NCBI GenBank assembly: GCA_030949385.1
Contig: JAUZSP010000002.1
Location: forward strand, 200,534-264,533
DNA from: Gammaproteobacteria bacterium
GTDB taxonomy: Bacteria > Pseudomonadota > Gammaproteobacteria > JAUZRS01
Length of the DNA: 64,000 nt
Reading direction: 5' to 3'
The notes under the pieces: model-generated
Seen by the model: only the letters and a program-made list of their open reading frames with translations
Databases searched by the model: none
What the model was told of the DNA's origin: nothing
Shown: positions 11,430 to 24,148 of the stretch, in pieces
Layout: each line of letters begins with the position of its first letter
How positions within the stretch are numbered: the first letter of the stretch is position 1
Program-made: the position numbers and the translations under genes

Positions 11430-11535
11430 CGTGTTTTTGTGGAGACAAGCGTCTGTTAATTGAGACTTGTGGTGGTAAATGAGAGGTGGTATCTACGAGG
11501 TGGGTCTTTATGAACGATAACCAGTATGTGGTTGG

Positions 11536-12632
11536 TTGAGCGCCTTGAAGAAAAAGCCGCCTTTACAGAATCCAAATCAGCTTTATCAGCAGATACAAAG
11601 CTGGGCAGCGGAGCTGGGTTTTCAGCAACTGGAAGTCACCGACACCGACCTGAACCACATCGAAGCCTATTTTGAGTCGTGGCTGGCGCGCGGTTTTATG
11701 GGTTCCATGAGCTACATGGCGCGCCACGGCAGCAAACGCACCCGCCCGGCGGAGCTGGAGCCAGGCACCTTACGGGTGATTTCGGTGCGGATGAATTATC
11801 ACTCCACCGGAGGCCGACGACACCGATTCAGGTGCTGCAAGACCCCAGTTTAGCCTACCTCTCTCGTTACGCCTTGGGGCGTGATTACCACAAAGTGATG
11901 CGGAAAAAATTGCAAAAGCTGGCGGACAAAATGGCCGCTGAGGTGGGTGAGTTTGGTTATCGGGTGTTTGTGGACAGCGCGCCGGTAATGGAAAAACCGC
12001 TGGCAGAAAAGGCCGGTCTCGGCTGGATCGGTAAACACACCAACTTAATCAATAAAAAAGCCGGTTCGTGGTTTTTTCTCGGTGAGATCTACACCGATCT
12101 GCCCTTGCCGGTTACGCCATCGGGTTTGAATCAGAGCCATTGTGGTAACTGTTCGGCCTGCATGACGGTCTGTCCAACGCAGGCGATTATCGCCCCTTAC
12201 GAGCTGGATGCGCGGCTCTGTATCTCTTATCTCACCATTGAATATGACGGTTTTATTGCCGATCCGCTGGCCTCTCAACTGGGCAACCGCATCTACGGTT
12301 GTGATGATTGCCAATTGGTCTGCCCGTGGAATCGCTTCTCAAAAATCAGTGAGGAGGCGGATTTTGCTGTGCGTCACGGTCTGGATCGAGCGGCGTTGCT
12401 GGATCTTTATCAGTGGAGTGAGGCGCAGTTTTTAGAACGGTTTCAAGGCTCACCGGTACGCCGCATCGGTTATCAACGTTGGTTGCGTAATTTGACCATT
12501 GGCTTGGCTAATGGTGAAGCGTCGGTTGCGGTGCAAGCGGCGTTGCAGGTTCGTTTGGCTGAGTCTGAGGGGGTGTTGAAAGAGCAGATTGGCTGGGCTT
12601 TGGCGAAGCTAAGGCGACAAGATCCTGTTTAA
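11536..12632 (+). CDS. queG: Epoxyqueuosine reductase QueG, reading frame interrupted (frameshift near 11795-11830)
   Basis: The N-terminal part (11536..) and the C-terminal part (frame of 11679..12632) each match QueG: YALGRDYHK, 4Fe-4S motif CGNCSACMTVCP, C-terminal HEAT-like region. Joining them requires a 1-nt frame change around 11800-11825. Confidence 0.8.
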
Positions 12633-14233
12633 TCCAAGCCTCTTAAGTGCGTCTCAACGTGGTTGGCGAAACCGTCTCCGGCTTCGGTGTAGATATTGAA
12701 CACCGTGGTGGCACCGGCTTCTTTGAGCTGCTCCACCTCGTCGGGGAAGTGCGCCACAGACGCAATGTACCCGCCAAAGGCAGTGGCGTTCAGCTCCTGT
12801 AGAGCAGCCAAATTGGCGTGCAGATTAGGCAGTGCTAATAAGACGTGTTTGATGGCGTGGTTCTCCTCTACTTTTTCCCAAAAATCGGTGTCGCAGGGGT
12901 CGCCGTGCAGCACGTTGCGTTTCAGTTTTTGATGTTTTATGACCCGCTCTTCGTCAAAGTCGATGCCCACCACTGTCTCACCGTGCAGTGAGCGCATGGT
13001 GTCGTACGCGCCGCTGCCGACGCGCCCCATGCCAAATACGGCTACGCTGGCACCGAAGGTGTTGAGCACACGGTCGTCTTCCAAGCGTTCGGGGTGCTGA
13101 AAGGTGAGCCAGAATGAGCGAAAACGGTTGTAAAGTCGGTCATCGTAGCTGTTTAAGGGGGCTGAAATGACAAAGGATAGCGCCAGTGTCACGGCCATGA
13201 TTACCAGCCAATCGCTGCTTAGCCAGCCATTACTCACCGCTAATGCAATGACGATCAGGCCAAATTCGCTGTGGTTGGTGAGGTTCAAAGAGGCGAGCAG
13301 TGAGGTGCGAGAGCGCAGTTGAAAACGAGTCATCAGGGCAAAAAAGAGGGTGGATTTGATGAAAATTAATGGCACCAACAGCGCACCGATGAGCAGGGCT
13401 TCGATGGTCAGTTGCCCTGATAGGCCAATGGAGAGAAAAAAACCGACTAAAAAAAGCTCCTTAAAGGTGAGGATGCTGTTGGCCAGCTCTTTGGCTTTAG
13501 GGTGGCTGGAGATCAATACGCCCATCATCAAAGCTCCCAGATCGCCTTTTATGCCGACCGCTGCAAACAGTTCGGCTCCACCAAAGGTCAATAGCAGGGC
13601 GTAGAGCATCAACAATTCGCCGTGTCCGACTCGTTGCAACAGCGCTTGCAAGAGGGGGCGTAGCGGAATCAGCAACAGCAGTAACAGCGCCCAAGGTGAG
13701 GGGACTTTACCGGTGGAGGCGGCCAAGAAGAGCACTGCCACCAGATCTTGTATCACCAAGATACCGATGGCGATTTGGCCTCGCAGTGATCCCATTTCAC
13801 CGATTTCTGAGAGGGCTTTGACCACAAAGACGGTGCTGGAAAAGCTGAGGGAGAAAGCGATTAACAACATCATTTTGAGATCAAGGGTGGCGAACAACGG
13901 CAGTTGAAGCATAACGAGAATAAAAATCAATAAGGCAACGAGGGCGCTGATAACGGCCATGTGCAGCAACGTTACTGCCCACACTTGGGGGCGGATCAGT
14001 ACTTTGATGTTTAATTTGAGGCCGACAGTGAAGAGCAATAGGGTGATGCCAAGATCGGCCAGTTGTTGCAGTGTGTCGCCGCTTTCGACTCCCCATGCGC
14101 TGAGCAGAAAGCCGGTGACCAGAAAGCCAACTAAGGGCGGTAAGGTCATTGTTTTGGCCAGTAAGCCCAAACCAAGAGCGAGGGCGATCCAGATGATTTC
14201 TGTTGAGACTAAGCTGATTGATTCTAATTCCAT
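12629..14233 (-). CDS. CPA2-family monovalent cation:proton antiporter with C-terminal TrkA-N/RCK domain (KefB/YbaL-like)
   Basis: About 12 predicted TM helices in the N-terminal 380 aa. C-terminal Rossmann VAVFGMGRVGSGAYD typical of RCK/TrkA-N domains. Confidence 0.75.
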   Translation of the reverse strand: MELESISLVSTEIIWIALALGLGLLAKTMTLPPLVGFLVTGFLLSAWGVESGDTLQQLADLGITLLLFTVGLKLNIKVLIRPQVWAVTLLHMAVISALVALLIFILVMLQLPLFATLDLKMMLLIAFSLSFSSTVFVVKALSEIGEMGSLRGQIAIGILVIQDLVAVLFLAASTGKVPSPWALLLLLLIPLRPLLQALLQRVGHGELLMLYALLLTFGGAELFAAVGIKGDLGALMMGVLISSHPKAKELANSILTFKELFLVGFFLSIGLSGQLTIEALLIGALLVPLIFIKSTLFFALMTRFQLRSRTSLLASLNLTNHSEFGLIVIALAVSNGWLSSDWLVIMAVTLALSFVISAPLNSYDDRLYNRFRSFWLTFQHPERLEDDRVLNTFGASVAVFGMGRVGSGAYDTMRSLHGETVVGIDFDEERVIKHQKLKRNVLHGDPCDTDFWEKVEENHAIKHVLLALPNLHANLAALQELNATAFGGYIASVAHFPDEVEQLKEAGATTVFNIYTEAGDGFANHVETHLRGLD

Positions 14234-14375
14234 CTATGTTCCGAATGTTGGGGTTAGTGCATTGAAAAAAGAGGGGCTAATACTACTGGTTTTTGACATG
14301 TTTAGTCTTGTATTGCAATGTCGGTAATGTATGTGATGTCTTTGGCCTTTCATTAAGTTGGTTCGTCTGGGCTGA

Positions 14376-16313
<1,938 letters not shown>

Positions 16314-16318
16314 GGATT

Positions 16319-16507
16319 ATGAGTTTGCTAAAAACGTTTCATCTTGAAGAGAGGAAGGTGGAGATTTTTCACCGTGGTGAGGAAGTGGTTCTACGTCCGA
16401 AAAGAGGAGGTTTAGCGGCAGCCTTGTTACATTTGAGGCCACTGCCCGATGATTTTTTTTCTGAGCCAAGAGATCTGCCTGCTGAGATACGAAAGGTGTT
16501 GTTATGA
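16319..16507 (+). CDS. Small AbrB/SpoVT/VapB-like (antitoxin-type) protein, no cognate toxin adjacent
   Basis: 62 aa. VEIFHRGEEVVLRPK core and a C-terminal PDDFFSEPRDLPAE tail resemble swapped-hairpin AbrB-type antitoxins. AAGGA RBS 6 bp after the parE stop. Confidence 0.4.
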   Translation: MSLLKTFHLEERKVEIFHRGEEVVLRPKRGGLAAALLHLRPLPDDFFSEPRDLPAEIRKVLL

Positions 16508-16537
16508 ACGTGTGTGAAAGCACAAAAAGGTAACGCT

Positions 16538-17464
16538 ATGAGTCAGCATCTGTTTGCACAAAACACCATCGCTATGGTTTGGGATTTTGATAAAACCTTG
16601 ATCTCTGGCTACATGCAGGAGCCGCTGTTTGATGAGTACGGCGTGGATAAAAAACGTTTTTGGGCGGAGGTGGCAGCTCTGCCAGAGGAGTATAAAAAAC
16701 GCGGGGTGCAGATGATCTCCAGTGAGATTGTTTATCTAAACCACATTCTCTCCTACGCGCGCGCGGGTACCTTTGCCGGTTTGAACAATCGCAAACTGAA
16801 AAAACTCGGTGAACGACTGAATTTTTTCCCTGGATTGCCAGACGTGTTCAAAAACTTACAGCAGCGTTTGATGCAATGTGCTGAGTATCAGCGCCATGAA
16901 ATCACCTTAGAACATTACATTGTCAGCAGCGGTTTGCGCCAGATGATCGTTGGCAGTGAGATTGCACCCTTTGTGGACGGTGTGTGGGGCTGCGAATTAC
17001 TGGAGGGAATGGCCGCCGATTCGGTGGTCTGTCAGTTGGGTTATGTGTTGGACAATACCAGCAAAACCCGGGCGTTGTTTGAGATTAATAAAGGCAGTAA
17101 CAAACATCCAGAGATTGATGTGAACGGCCAGATGAACGCCGAAGATCGGCGTATTCCGTTTCAAAATATGATCTACATTGCCGACGGTCCCAGTGATGTG
17201 CCGGTGTTTTCGCTGTTGAATTCTCACGGCGGTAAAACCTTTGCCGTCTACGCCAAAGGTTCCGAGGCGCAGTTCAAGCAGGTGAACGCATTGCAGCAGC
17301 AGGGTAGAGTGAACTCGTTTGGTGAGGCGGATTATCGTCAAGGCTCACAAACCTGCATGTGGTTGCAAAACGCGCTGGAGGAGATCGCCTCACGGATGGT
17401 CAAGGGCCGTGAACGGGTCTTGGGTGAAAAGGTGGGTGATGCGCCGCAACATCTGTCGGAGTGA
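16538..17464 (+). CDS. HAD-superfamily hydrolase
   Basis: Motif I WDFDKTL (DxDxT) near the N-terminus. Possible alternative start at 16514. Confidence 0.6.
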   Translation: MSQHLFAQNTIAMVWDFDKTLISGYMQEPLFDEYGVDKKRFWAEVAALPEEYKKRGVQMISSEIVYLNHILSYARAGTFAGLNNRKLKKLGERLNFFPGLPDVFKNLQQRLMQCAEYQRHEITLEHYIVSSGLRQMIVGSEIAPFVDGVWGCELLEGMAADSVVCQLGYVLDNTSKTRALFEINKGSNKHPEIDVNGQMNAEDRRIPFQNMIYIADGPSDVPVFSLLNSHGGKTFAVYAKGSEAQFKQVNALQQQGRVNSFGEADYRQGSQTCMWLQNALEEIASRMVKGRERVLGEKVGDAPQHLSE

Positions 17465-17574
17465 ATGACAGAATACTTAGCCGTTATGAGCTCCATTATG
17501 TAGATACAAATTGGGACTTGGTTTTGACTCAAAAAGCCGATTGGCAGTACATCGGAATAAAATATATTTTTTAC

Positions 17575-17603
17575 TTGCCAATGTTAATTTTCGTCCGTAC
17601 AAT
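17575..17603 (+). promoter_or_regulatory. Putative sigma70 promoter for the metY-rimP-nusA-infB operon
   Basis: TTGCCA (17575-17580), 17-nt spacer, TACAAT (17598-17603). A/T-rich UP-like tract immediately upstream. tRNA 5' end 13 nt downstream. Confidence 0.5.
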
Positions 17604-17615
17604 GCGCCTTCCAGA

Positions 17616-17692
<77 letters not shown>

Positions 17693-17707
17693 AATGCAGT
17701 ATCAAAC

Positions 17708-17735
17708 AAGGCTCCTGAGTAAGGGGCCTTTTTTG
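17708..17735 (+). terminator. Rho-independent terminator/attenuator between metY and rimP
   Basis: 8-bp stem (one G-U) AAGGCTCC / GGGGCCTT with 7-nt loop, followed by TTTTTTG. Confidence 0.5.
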
Positions 17736-17766
17736 TAGATGACAATAAAAGGTATTTTTAGCCAAC

Positions 17767-18228
17767 ATGCGTAAAGCGCCAGCAAATATTTGGGATTGTG
17801 TTAATCCCGTCGTAGAAGGCCTAGGTTATGAGCACGTGGGCAGTGAATATCTACGTCGCCATGACGGCAATTTGTTGCGTGTTTACATAGATCGTCCCGA
17901 GGGCATTGGCGTAGAAGATTGCGCCACGGTCAGCCGTCAGTTGGGCGCGGTGTTGGAGGTGGAAGAACCCATTGTGGATGCCTACACTTTGGAGGTCTCT
18001 TCCCCTGGTACAGATCGACCCATTTTTAAGGTCTCTGATTACCAGCGTTTTGTTGGCCAAGAGGTTCGTTTGCGTTTACAGGTGCCGAGCGCTGAGGGTC
18101 GGAAGAAATTTAAAGGTCTGTTGATTGAAGTGACAGATGAGACACTGCTGATTGAAGTGGACGGCCTTGACTATCAATTGGCGCTTGACGATGTGGATGA
18201 AGCTCGTTTGGTTCCCCGTTTTGGGTGA
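17767..18228 (+). CDS. rimP: Ribosome maturation factor RimP
   Basis: 153 aa. Position and sequence as E. coli RimP (yhbC). Confidence 0.85.
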   Translation: MRKAPANIWDCVNPVVEGLGYEHVGSEYLRRHDGNLLRVYIDRPEGIGVEDCATVSRQLGAVLEVEEPIVDAYTLEVSSPGTDRPIFKVSDYQRFVGQEVRLRLQVPSAEGRKKFKGLLIEVTDETLLIEVDGLDYQLALDDVDEARLVPRFG

Positions 18229-18281
18229 GTGTACGTTTTTGAAAGCACAATTTTCTGGACTCTTGTGGAGACGTGTCGGTT

Positions 18282-19796
18282 ATGAATAAAGAGATCCTCT
18301 TGGTTGTTGATGCCGTTTCTAATGAAAAGGGCGTTGATAAGGAAATAATATTCCAGGCGTTGGAAGCGGCTTTGGCCTCTGCTACGCGAAAAAATTACAG
18401 TGCGGACATTGATGTACGAGTAGCGATTGATCGGGAAAGTGGGGCTTACACCACTTATCGTCGCTGGGAAGTGCTTGAGGATGATGAGAAACAAGAGCAT
18501 CCCACGCGCCAGATCTGTCTCACCGTTGCGCAGATGGATGCGCCTGATATTCAGCTTGGTGAGTTCTCTGAAGATGAGGTTGAGTCGGTTAAGTTTGGTC
18601 GCATTGCGGCACAAACCGCCCGCCAAGTGATTGTACAAAAAGTACGTGAAGCGGAACGGGCGCGCGTGGTGGATGCCTATCTTGATCGTGTTGGTGAGTT
18701 GCTGATGGGCGTGGTCAAGCGCGTTGATCGTAACGGCGTTTATCTGGATTTGGGTAATAATGTCGAAGCTTTTGTGGCGCGTGATGAGCTGATTCCTCGT
18801 GAGGCGGTACGCCCTGGGGATCGTTTGCGCGGCTACCTTAAGGAAGTACGCACCGAAAGCCGAGGCCCGCAACTGTTTGTCAGTCGCACCTCACCTGAGT
18901 TTTTGCAGGCGCTGTTTAAATTAGAAGTGCCAGAGGTGGGTCAAGAGATGATCGAAATCATGGGCGCAGCGCGTGATCCTGGCGCACGCGCCAAGATCGC
19001 GGTGCGTTCTAATGATCCGCGCCTTGATCCTGTGGGAGCCTGTGTGGGTATGCGGGGTTCGCGGGTACAGACGGTCTCGAATGAGTTGTCAGGCGAGCGG
19101 GTTGATATTATCCTCTGGGACGAAAATCCAGCGCAGTTTGTCATTAATGCCATGTCTCCGGCTGAAGTCCTCTCCATTGTGGTGGATGAGGACAAACATT
19201 CGATGGACATTGCTGTTGAGGGTGAAAAGCTCTCTTTGGCCATTGGGCGTAACGGCCAAAATGTGCGTTTGGCCAGTGAGTTGACCGGTTGGTCGCTGAA
19301 CGTCATGGATGAAGCGCAGGTGGATGAGAAAAACGAGAATGAAGCTCGTGAGACTCTAAAGCTGTTTGTCGCGCAGCTGGATGTGGATGAAGAGGTGGCT
19401 CTGATTCTGGTTCAGGAAGGGTTCAGCAGCGTCGAAGAGGTGGCTTATGTGCCGACTCAGGAGTTACTGGATATTGAAGAGTTTGATGAAGATACGGTGT
19501 CTGAGTTACGAAATCGTGCTCGTGATGCCTTGTTGATCAAAGCCATTGCAACGGAGGAGAAATTGGAGGGTGATAAACCCGCTGAGGATCTTCTGGCAAT
19601 GGAAGGTATGGATCAAGACACAGCTTATGCCCTAGCGGGTTTGGGTGTGGTGAGTATGGAAGATTTAGCTGAGCAGTCCATTGATGAAATTATGGCAGTG
19701 GATGAAATGGATGAAGAGCGAGCAGCTGAATTAATTATGAAAGCGCGTGAACCGTGGTTTGCGGAAGACACACAACAAGATAAGAGCGTCGATTGA
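18282..19796 (+). CDS. nusA: Transcription termination/antitermination factor NusA
   Basis: [17 protein letters not shown]... Colinear with E. coli NusA (S1, KH1, KH2, AR1/AR2 acidic repeats). Confidence 0.95.
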   Translation: MNKEILLVVDAVSNEKGVDKEIIFQALEAALASATRKNYSADIDVRVAIDRESGAYTTYRRWEVLEDDEKQEHPTRQICLTVAQMDAPDIQLGEFSEDEVESVKFGRIAAQTARQVIVQKVREAERARVVDAYLDRVGELLMGVVKRVDRNGVYLDLGNNVEAFVARDELIPREAVRPGDRLRGYLKEVRTESRGPQLFVSRTSPEFLQALFKLEVPEVGQEMIEIMGAARDPGARAKIAVRSNDPRLDPVGACVGMRGSRVQTVSNELSGERVDIILWDENPAQFVINAMSPAEVLSIVVDEDKHSMDIAVEGEKLSLAIGRNGQNVRLASELTGWSLNVMDEAQVDEKNENEARETLKLFVAQLDVDEEVALILVQEGFSSVEEVAYVPTQELLDIEEFDEDTVSELRNRARDALLIKAIATEEKLEGDKPAEDLLAMEGMDQDTAYALAGLGVVSMEDLAEQSIDEIMAVDEMDEERAAELIMKAREPWFAEDTQQDKSVD

Positions 19797-19818
19797 GATC
19801 GACCGGGAGATTTTGCTC

Positions 19819-22376
19819 ATGACGGACGTAACCGTAAAGCAGCTGGCTGAGGTTGTTGGCACCCCGGTCGAGCGTTTAATAGAACAGCTCAATGAAGCCG
19901 GTATTGTAAAACAGAAAGCGGATGATCTGGTTAGCAATAAAGAAAAAATGCAGCTGCTGGATTCGCTGCGCAGCTCGCACGGCAAAGAGGAAGCCGCCGA
20001 TGGCGCGCCGAGTAAGATTACTCTGCGCCGTAAACGCATGAGTACACTTAAGGTGGACTCCGGTGCCGCGCGTGGTAAAAAAACCGTCAATATCGAAGTT
20101 CGTTCCAAACGCACTTACGTCAAACGGACTAACGTTGCTGATGAAGAGGCGAAGAAGCAGGCGTTAGAAGAAGAGCGTCTGCGCCAAGAGCAGCTAGAGA
20201 AAGAGAAAGAAGAACAGCGTTTTCAAGAGGCTGAACGCCTTAAAGTTGAAGAAGAAGCGCGTGTTAAAGCTGAAGCTGACGCGAAATTGGCCGCTGAGCA
20301 GGCGCTTGTTAAAGCAGAAGCTGAGGCGAAAAAAGCCGAAGCAGATGCGAAATCAAAGGCTGAAGCAGCGAAGGCTAAGCCAAAACCGAAAGCTGACCAG
20401 CAAAAGCACCAGCAAAAGTAGATGCACGTAATAAACGTCCCGCTGCTGGGCAAAATAACAAAGGCGCTAAGTCCTCAGGCAGCAATACCCGTTACGGTCG
20501 TAACGAATTGCATGTGGCCAGTGGTCGTGGTGGCAAACGCAATAAAAAAGGCAAAGGTCGTGGTCGTGCGGCACCGGTGACGACAGAGACGCGGCATCGT
20601 TTTGAGAAGCCTGTTGAAGCCGTGGTTCGTGATGTTAAATTGGGTGAAACGATTACCGTTTCAGACTTGGCCAATATCATGTCGGTGAAAGCCACCGAAG
20701 TGATCAAAGAGATGATGAAGATGGGGGTTATGGCCACCATTAATCAAGTCATTGATCAAGAGACTGCCACCTTGGTAGTGGAAGAGATGGGGCATAACGT
20801 CATCCTCTCTTCTGGTGATGCGATGGAAAATTCATTGGCCAACAGCGATGAGGATCGGGGTGAGTTGGTCACCCGTCCACCGGTTGTGACTGTGATGGGT
20901 CATGTTGATCACGGTAAAACGTCTTTACTGGATTACATTCGTACCTCTAAAGTGGCTTCCGCTGAAGCTGGTGGCATTACTCAACATGTGGGTGCGTACC
21001 ACGTTGAAACCGATAAAGGCATGGTCACCTTCCTTGATACGCCAGGACATGCGGCCTTTACCGCCATGCGTGCTCGTGGTGCCAAGAGCACCGATATTGT
21101 TGTCTTGGTTGTTGCCGCCGATGACGGTGTAATGCCACAAACCATCGAAGCGATTCAGCATGCAAAAGCAGCTGAGGTGCCGTTGGTGGTGGCAATCAAT
21201 AAAATTGATAAACCGGATGCCGATCCCGAGCGAGTCAAAAACGAGCTCGGTAACCACAACGTCATTCCCGAAGATTGGGGTGGCGATGTGATGTTTGTTA
21301 ATGTCTCGGCCAAAACCGGTGAAGGCATTGAGGATTTGCTGGATGCGTTGATTTTGCAAGCGGAATTCCTTGAATTAACGGCTTATGAAAAAGGCAGTGC
21401 CACCGGTGTGGTGGTGGAAGCGAGCTTAGATAAAGGTCGCGGTCCGGTTGCTACCATTTTGGTGCAGTCAGGTCTGCTTAAAAAGGGTGACACTCTGTTG
21501 GCCGGTACGGAATACGGTCGGGTGCGAGCGCTGTTTGATGAAGATGGTCTGCCGATTGAATCCGCAGGTCCTTCTATTCCGGTGGTGGTTTTGGGGCTTT
21601 CTGGTACACCGGAGGCCGGTGGCGAAATGATGGTCACCAAAGACGAGCGTAAAGCGCGTGAAGTGGCGCTTTATCGTCAAGGTAAATACCGTGATGTTCG
21701 CCTTGCTGCACGTAAACCAGCCAAGCTGGAAGATGTCTTTGCACAGATTAAAGACGGTGAGTTGCAGGTTCTGAACTTAGTGGTCAAGTGTGATGTGCAG
21801 GGCAGCTACGAAGCACTGCGCGACTCGCTGGAGAAAATTTCCACTGATGAAGTCAGTGTGCGGGTTATTGGTGGCGGTGTCGGTGGGATCAACGAATCAG
21901 ATGTTCAGTTGAGCGTCTCTTCGAAAGCCATTTTGATCGGTTTTAATGTCCGTGCCGATGCTACCGCCCGTCGTTTGATCTCCGAACGTGAGGTGGAACC
22001 GTACTACTACAGCATCATCTACGAAGTCATTGATCAAGTACGCGGTGTGGCGTCTGGCCTGCTGGCTCCTGAAATTCAAGAGCGCATTATCGGTTTGGCT
22101 GAAGTGAAAGATGTGTTTAGTTCGCCTAAGTTTGGTGACATTGCCGGTTGCATGGTGATTGACGGTGCGGTGCGCCGTGCGGAACCGATTCGTGTCCTGC
22201 GTGACAACGTGGTGATTTACGAAGGTGAGCTGGAATCCCTGCGTCGCTTTAAAGACAATGTGGAAGAGGTTCGCATGGGTACTGAATGTGGTATCGGAGT
22301 GAAAAACTACAGTGATGTGCGCCCAGGTGATCAGATCGAAGTCTTTGAACGTAAAGAGGTGGCACGCACCCTTTAA
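19819..22376 (+). CDS. infB: Translation initiation factor IF-2, apparent frameshift at about 20394-20421
   Basis: N-terminal [14 protein letters not shown]... plus the Lys/Glu/Ala-rich region lie in the frame of ORF 19747..20421. The G-domain and C-terminus ([25 protein letters not shown], ...[11 protein letters not shown]) lie in the frame of 20508..22376. The frames change within CAAAAGCACCAGCAAAAG. Confidence 0.9.
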
Positions 22377-22404
22377 TTGGGGGCGTATTTAGGAGCCTTT
22401 TTTT

Positions 22405-22791
22405 ATGGCCAATGATTACCCACGCAGCTTTCGGGTTGCCGATCAGATTCAGCGCGAACTGTCGCAACTGCTGCGCTTTGAGTTGAAAGATCCGCGCATC
22501 AGTGACATGTTGACCGTTTCCGAGGTGGAGGTGAGTCGAGATCTCTCTGTGGCGACGATCTTTGTCACCGTGATGGGGGATGACGACCGTCAAGAAGCGT
22601 TGAAGGGCTTGAACAGCGCCAGTGGTTTTATGCGCAAACAGTTGGCGGCACGCTTAAAGCTGCGCGCCGTGCCAATTTTGCGTTTTCGCTACGATGATTC
22701 TGCTGAGAAAGGCGCTGAATTGGCGGCTTTGATTGAAAAAGCGGTTCGTGATGATCATCCCAACGGCAATGACTCCAACTCCAACGACTGA
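22405..22791 (+). CDS. rbfA: Ribosome-binding factor A
   Basis: RVADQIQRELSQLL...DPRI...VSEVEVSRDLSVATIFV matches RbfA. Confidence 0.9.
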   Translation: MANDYPRSFRVADQIQRELSQLLRFELKDPRISDMLTVSEVEVSRDLSVATIFVTVMGDDDRQEALKGLNSASGFMRKQLAARLKLRAVPILRFRYDDSAEKGAELAALIEKAVRDDHPNGNDSNSND

Positions 22792-22877
22792 TTAAAATTG
22801 TAGATCTCGATAGGATCGTTATAATGACCCCCTTTTTTGCCCCTGCGGTGAGTCTGGGGGTTTGGCGTTTTTAAACT

Positions 22878-23795
22878 ATGGCACGTAGAAGAGACAAAGG
22901 TCGTGCGGTTAACGGCATTATTTTGCTGGATAAACCGCAAGGCATCACCTCCAATAAAGTGTTGCAGAAGGTGAAGCAGTTGTTTGGTGCCAATAAAGCC
23001 GGTCATACGGGTAGCCTTGACCCTTTGGCTACCGGCATGTTGCCGCTCTGTTTTGGTGAAGGGACTAAGGTGTCGGCCTTTCTGTTGGATGCGAATAAGG
23101 AATATCACCTGATTGCTAAATTGGGTGAGAACACCACTACGGGTGATTCAGAGGGGGAGGTTCTTGATACCTTTTCTACTGCTGAATTGACCCTTGAGCG
23201 GGTACGTGAAGTGGTGGAGTCTTATCTGGGTGAGATTGATCAAGTGCCGCCGATGTTTTCGGCCATTAAACACGAAGGTCAACCGCTTTATAAGTTGGCT
23301 CGCCAAGGCATTATAGTAGAACGTAAGTCCCGTCGAATCACGATTTACGACTTAGAGCTGGTGAGTTTTATAGATGACCGTTTGGAGTTGAAAGTACGCT
23401 GCTCCAAAGGCACGTATGTAAGAACGTTAGTAGAAGACATTGGCCGCGACCTGAAGTGTGGTGGCCATGTGGTGATGCTGCGGCGTACCGCAGTGACACC
23501 GTATGAAGAAATGCCGATGGTGACACTGGAGACTCTGCAACAGACAGCGGAGCAAGGCGGTTTTGCGGCCTTAGATCAGTGTTTGCACGCGGTGGACACG
23601 GCGCTCGTTGCTTGGCCGTCGGTCTCTCTCAACGATGATATGGCGTATTACCTGAAAATGGGTCAAGCGGTGCAGGTGTCCAATGCACCGACTCAGGGGT
23701 TGTTGCGTCTCTATCAAAATGGAGAGCAGTTTATAGGCATGGGGTGCGTCGATGAAGATGGCAAAGTTGCACCCAAACGCCTGATCGTTGTGTAA
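22878..23795 (+). CDS. truB: tRNA pseudouridine(55) synthase
   Basis: GHTGSLDPLATGMLPLCFGEGTK catalytic-Asp motif. PUA-like C-terminus. Confidence 0.9.
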   Translation: MARRRDKGRAVNGIILLDKPQGITSNKVLQKVKQLFGANKAGHTGSLDPLATGMLPLCFGEGTKVSAFLLDANKEYHLIAKLGENTTTGDSEGEVLDTFSTAELTLERVREVVESYLGEIDQVPPMFSAIKHEGQPLYKLARQGIIVERKSRRITIYDLELVSFIDDRLELKVRCSKGTYVRTLVEDIGRDLKCGGHVVMLRRTAVTPYEEMPMVTLETLQQTAEQGGFAALDQCLHAVDTALVAWPSVSLNDDMAYYLKMGQAVQVSNAPTQGLLRLYQNGEQFIGMGCVDEDGKVAPKRLIVV

Positions 23796-23844
23796 GCAGC
23801 GTGGTTGATTTTGTCTGTTGCCGTCTATTTTTAGGAGTTATTTG

Positions 23845-24117
23845 ATGTCTTGTTTAAATGCTGAAGAGAAAGCCGCCGTTGTTAAAGAGTACCAACAAGC
23901 GGAAGGTGATACCGGTTCCCCAGAAGTGCAAGTGGCACTGCTGACCGCACAGATCGTGCGTTTGAGTGACCATTTTGCCGATCACAAACACGATCACCAT
24001 TCACGTCGTGGTCTGCTGCGGATGGTCAACCAACGTCGTAAATTATTGGATTACCTGAAAGGCAAAAACGTCAGCCGTTATCAGGATCTGATCAAAGGTC
24101 TTGGTCTGCGTCGTTAA
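23845..24117 (+). CDS. rpsO: 30S ribosomal protein S15
   Basis: [45 protein letters not shown] matches S15. AGGAG RBS. Start at ATG 23845. Confidence 0.9.
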   Translation: MSCLNAEEKAAVVKEYQQAEGDTGSPEVQVALLTAQIVRLSDHFADHKHDHHSRRGLLRMVNQRRKLLDYLKGKNVSRYQDLIKGLGLRR

Positions 24118-24148
24118 TTAACCGCTCTCTCATTGCAAGGAAATTATC

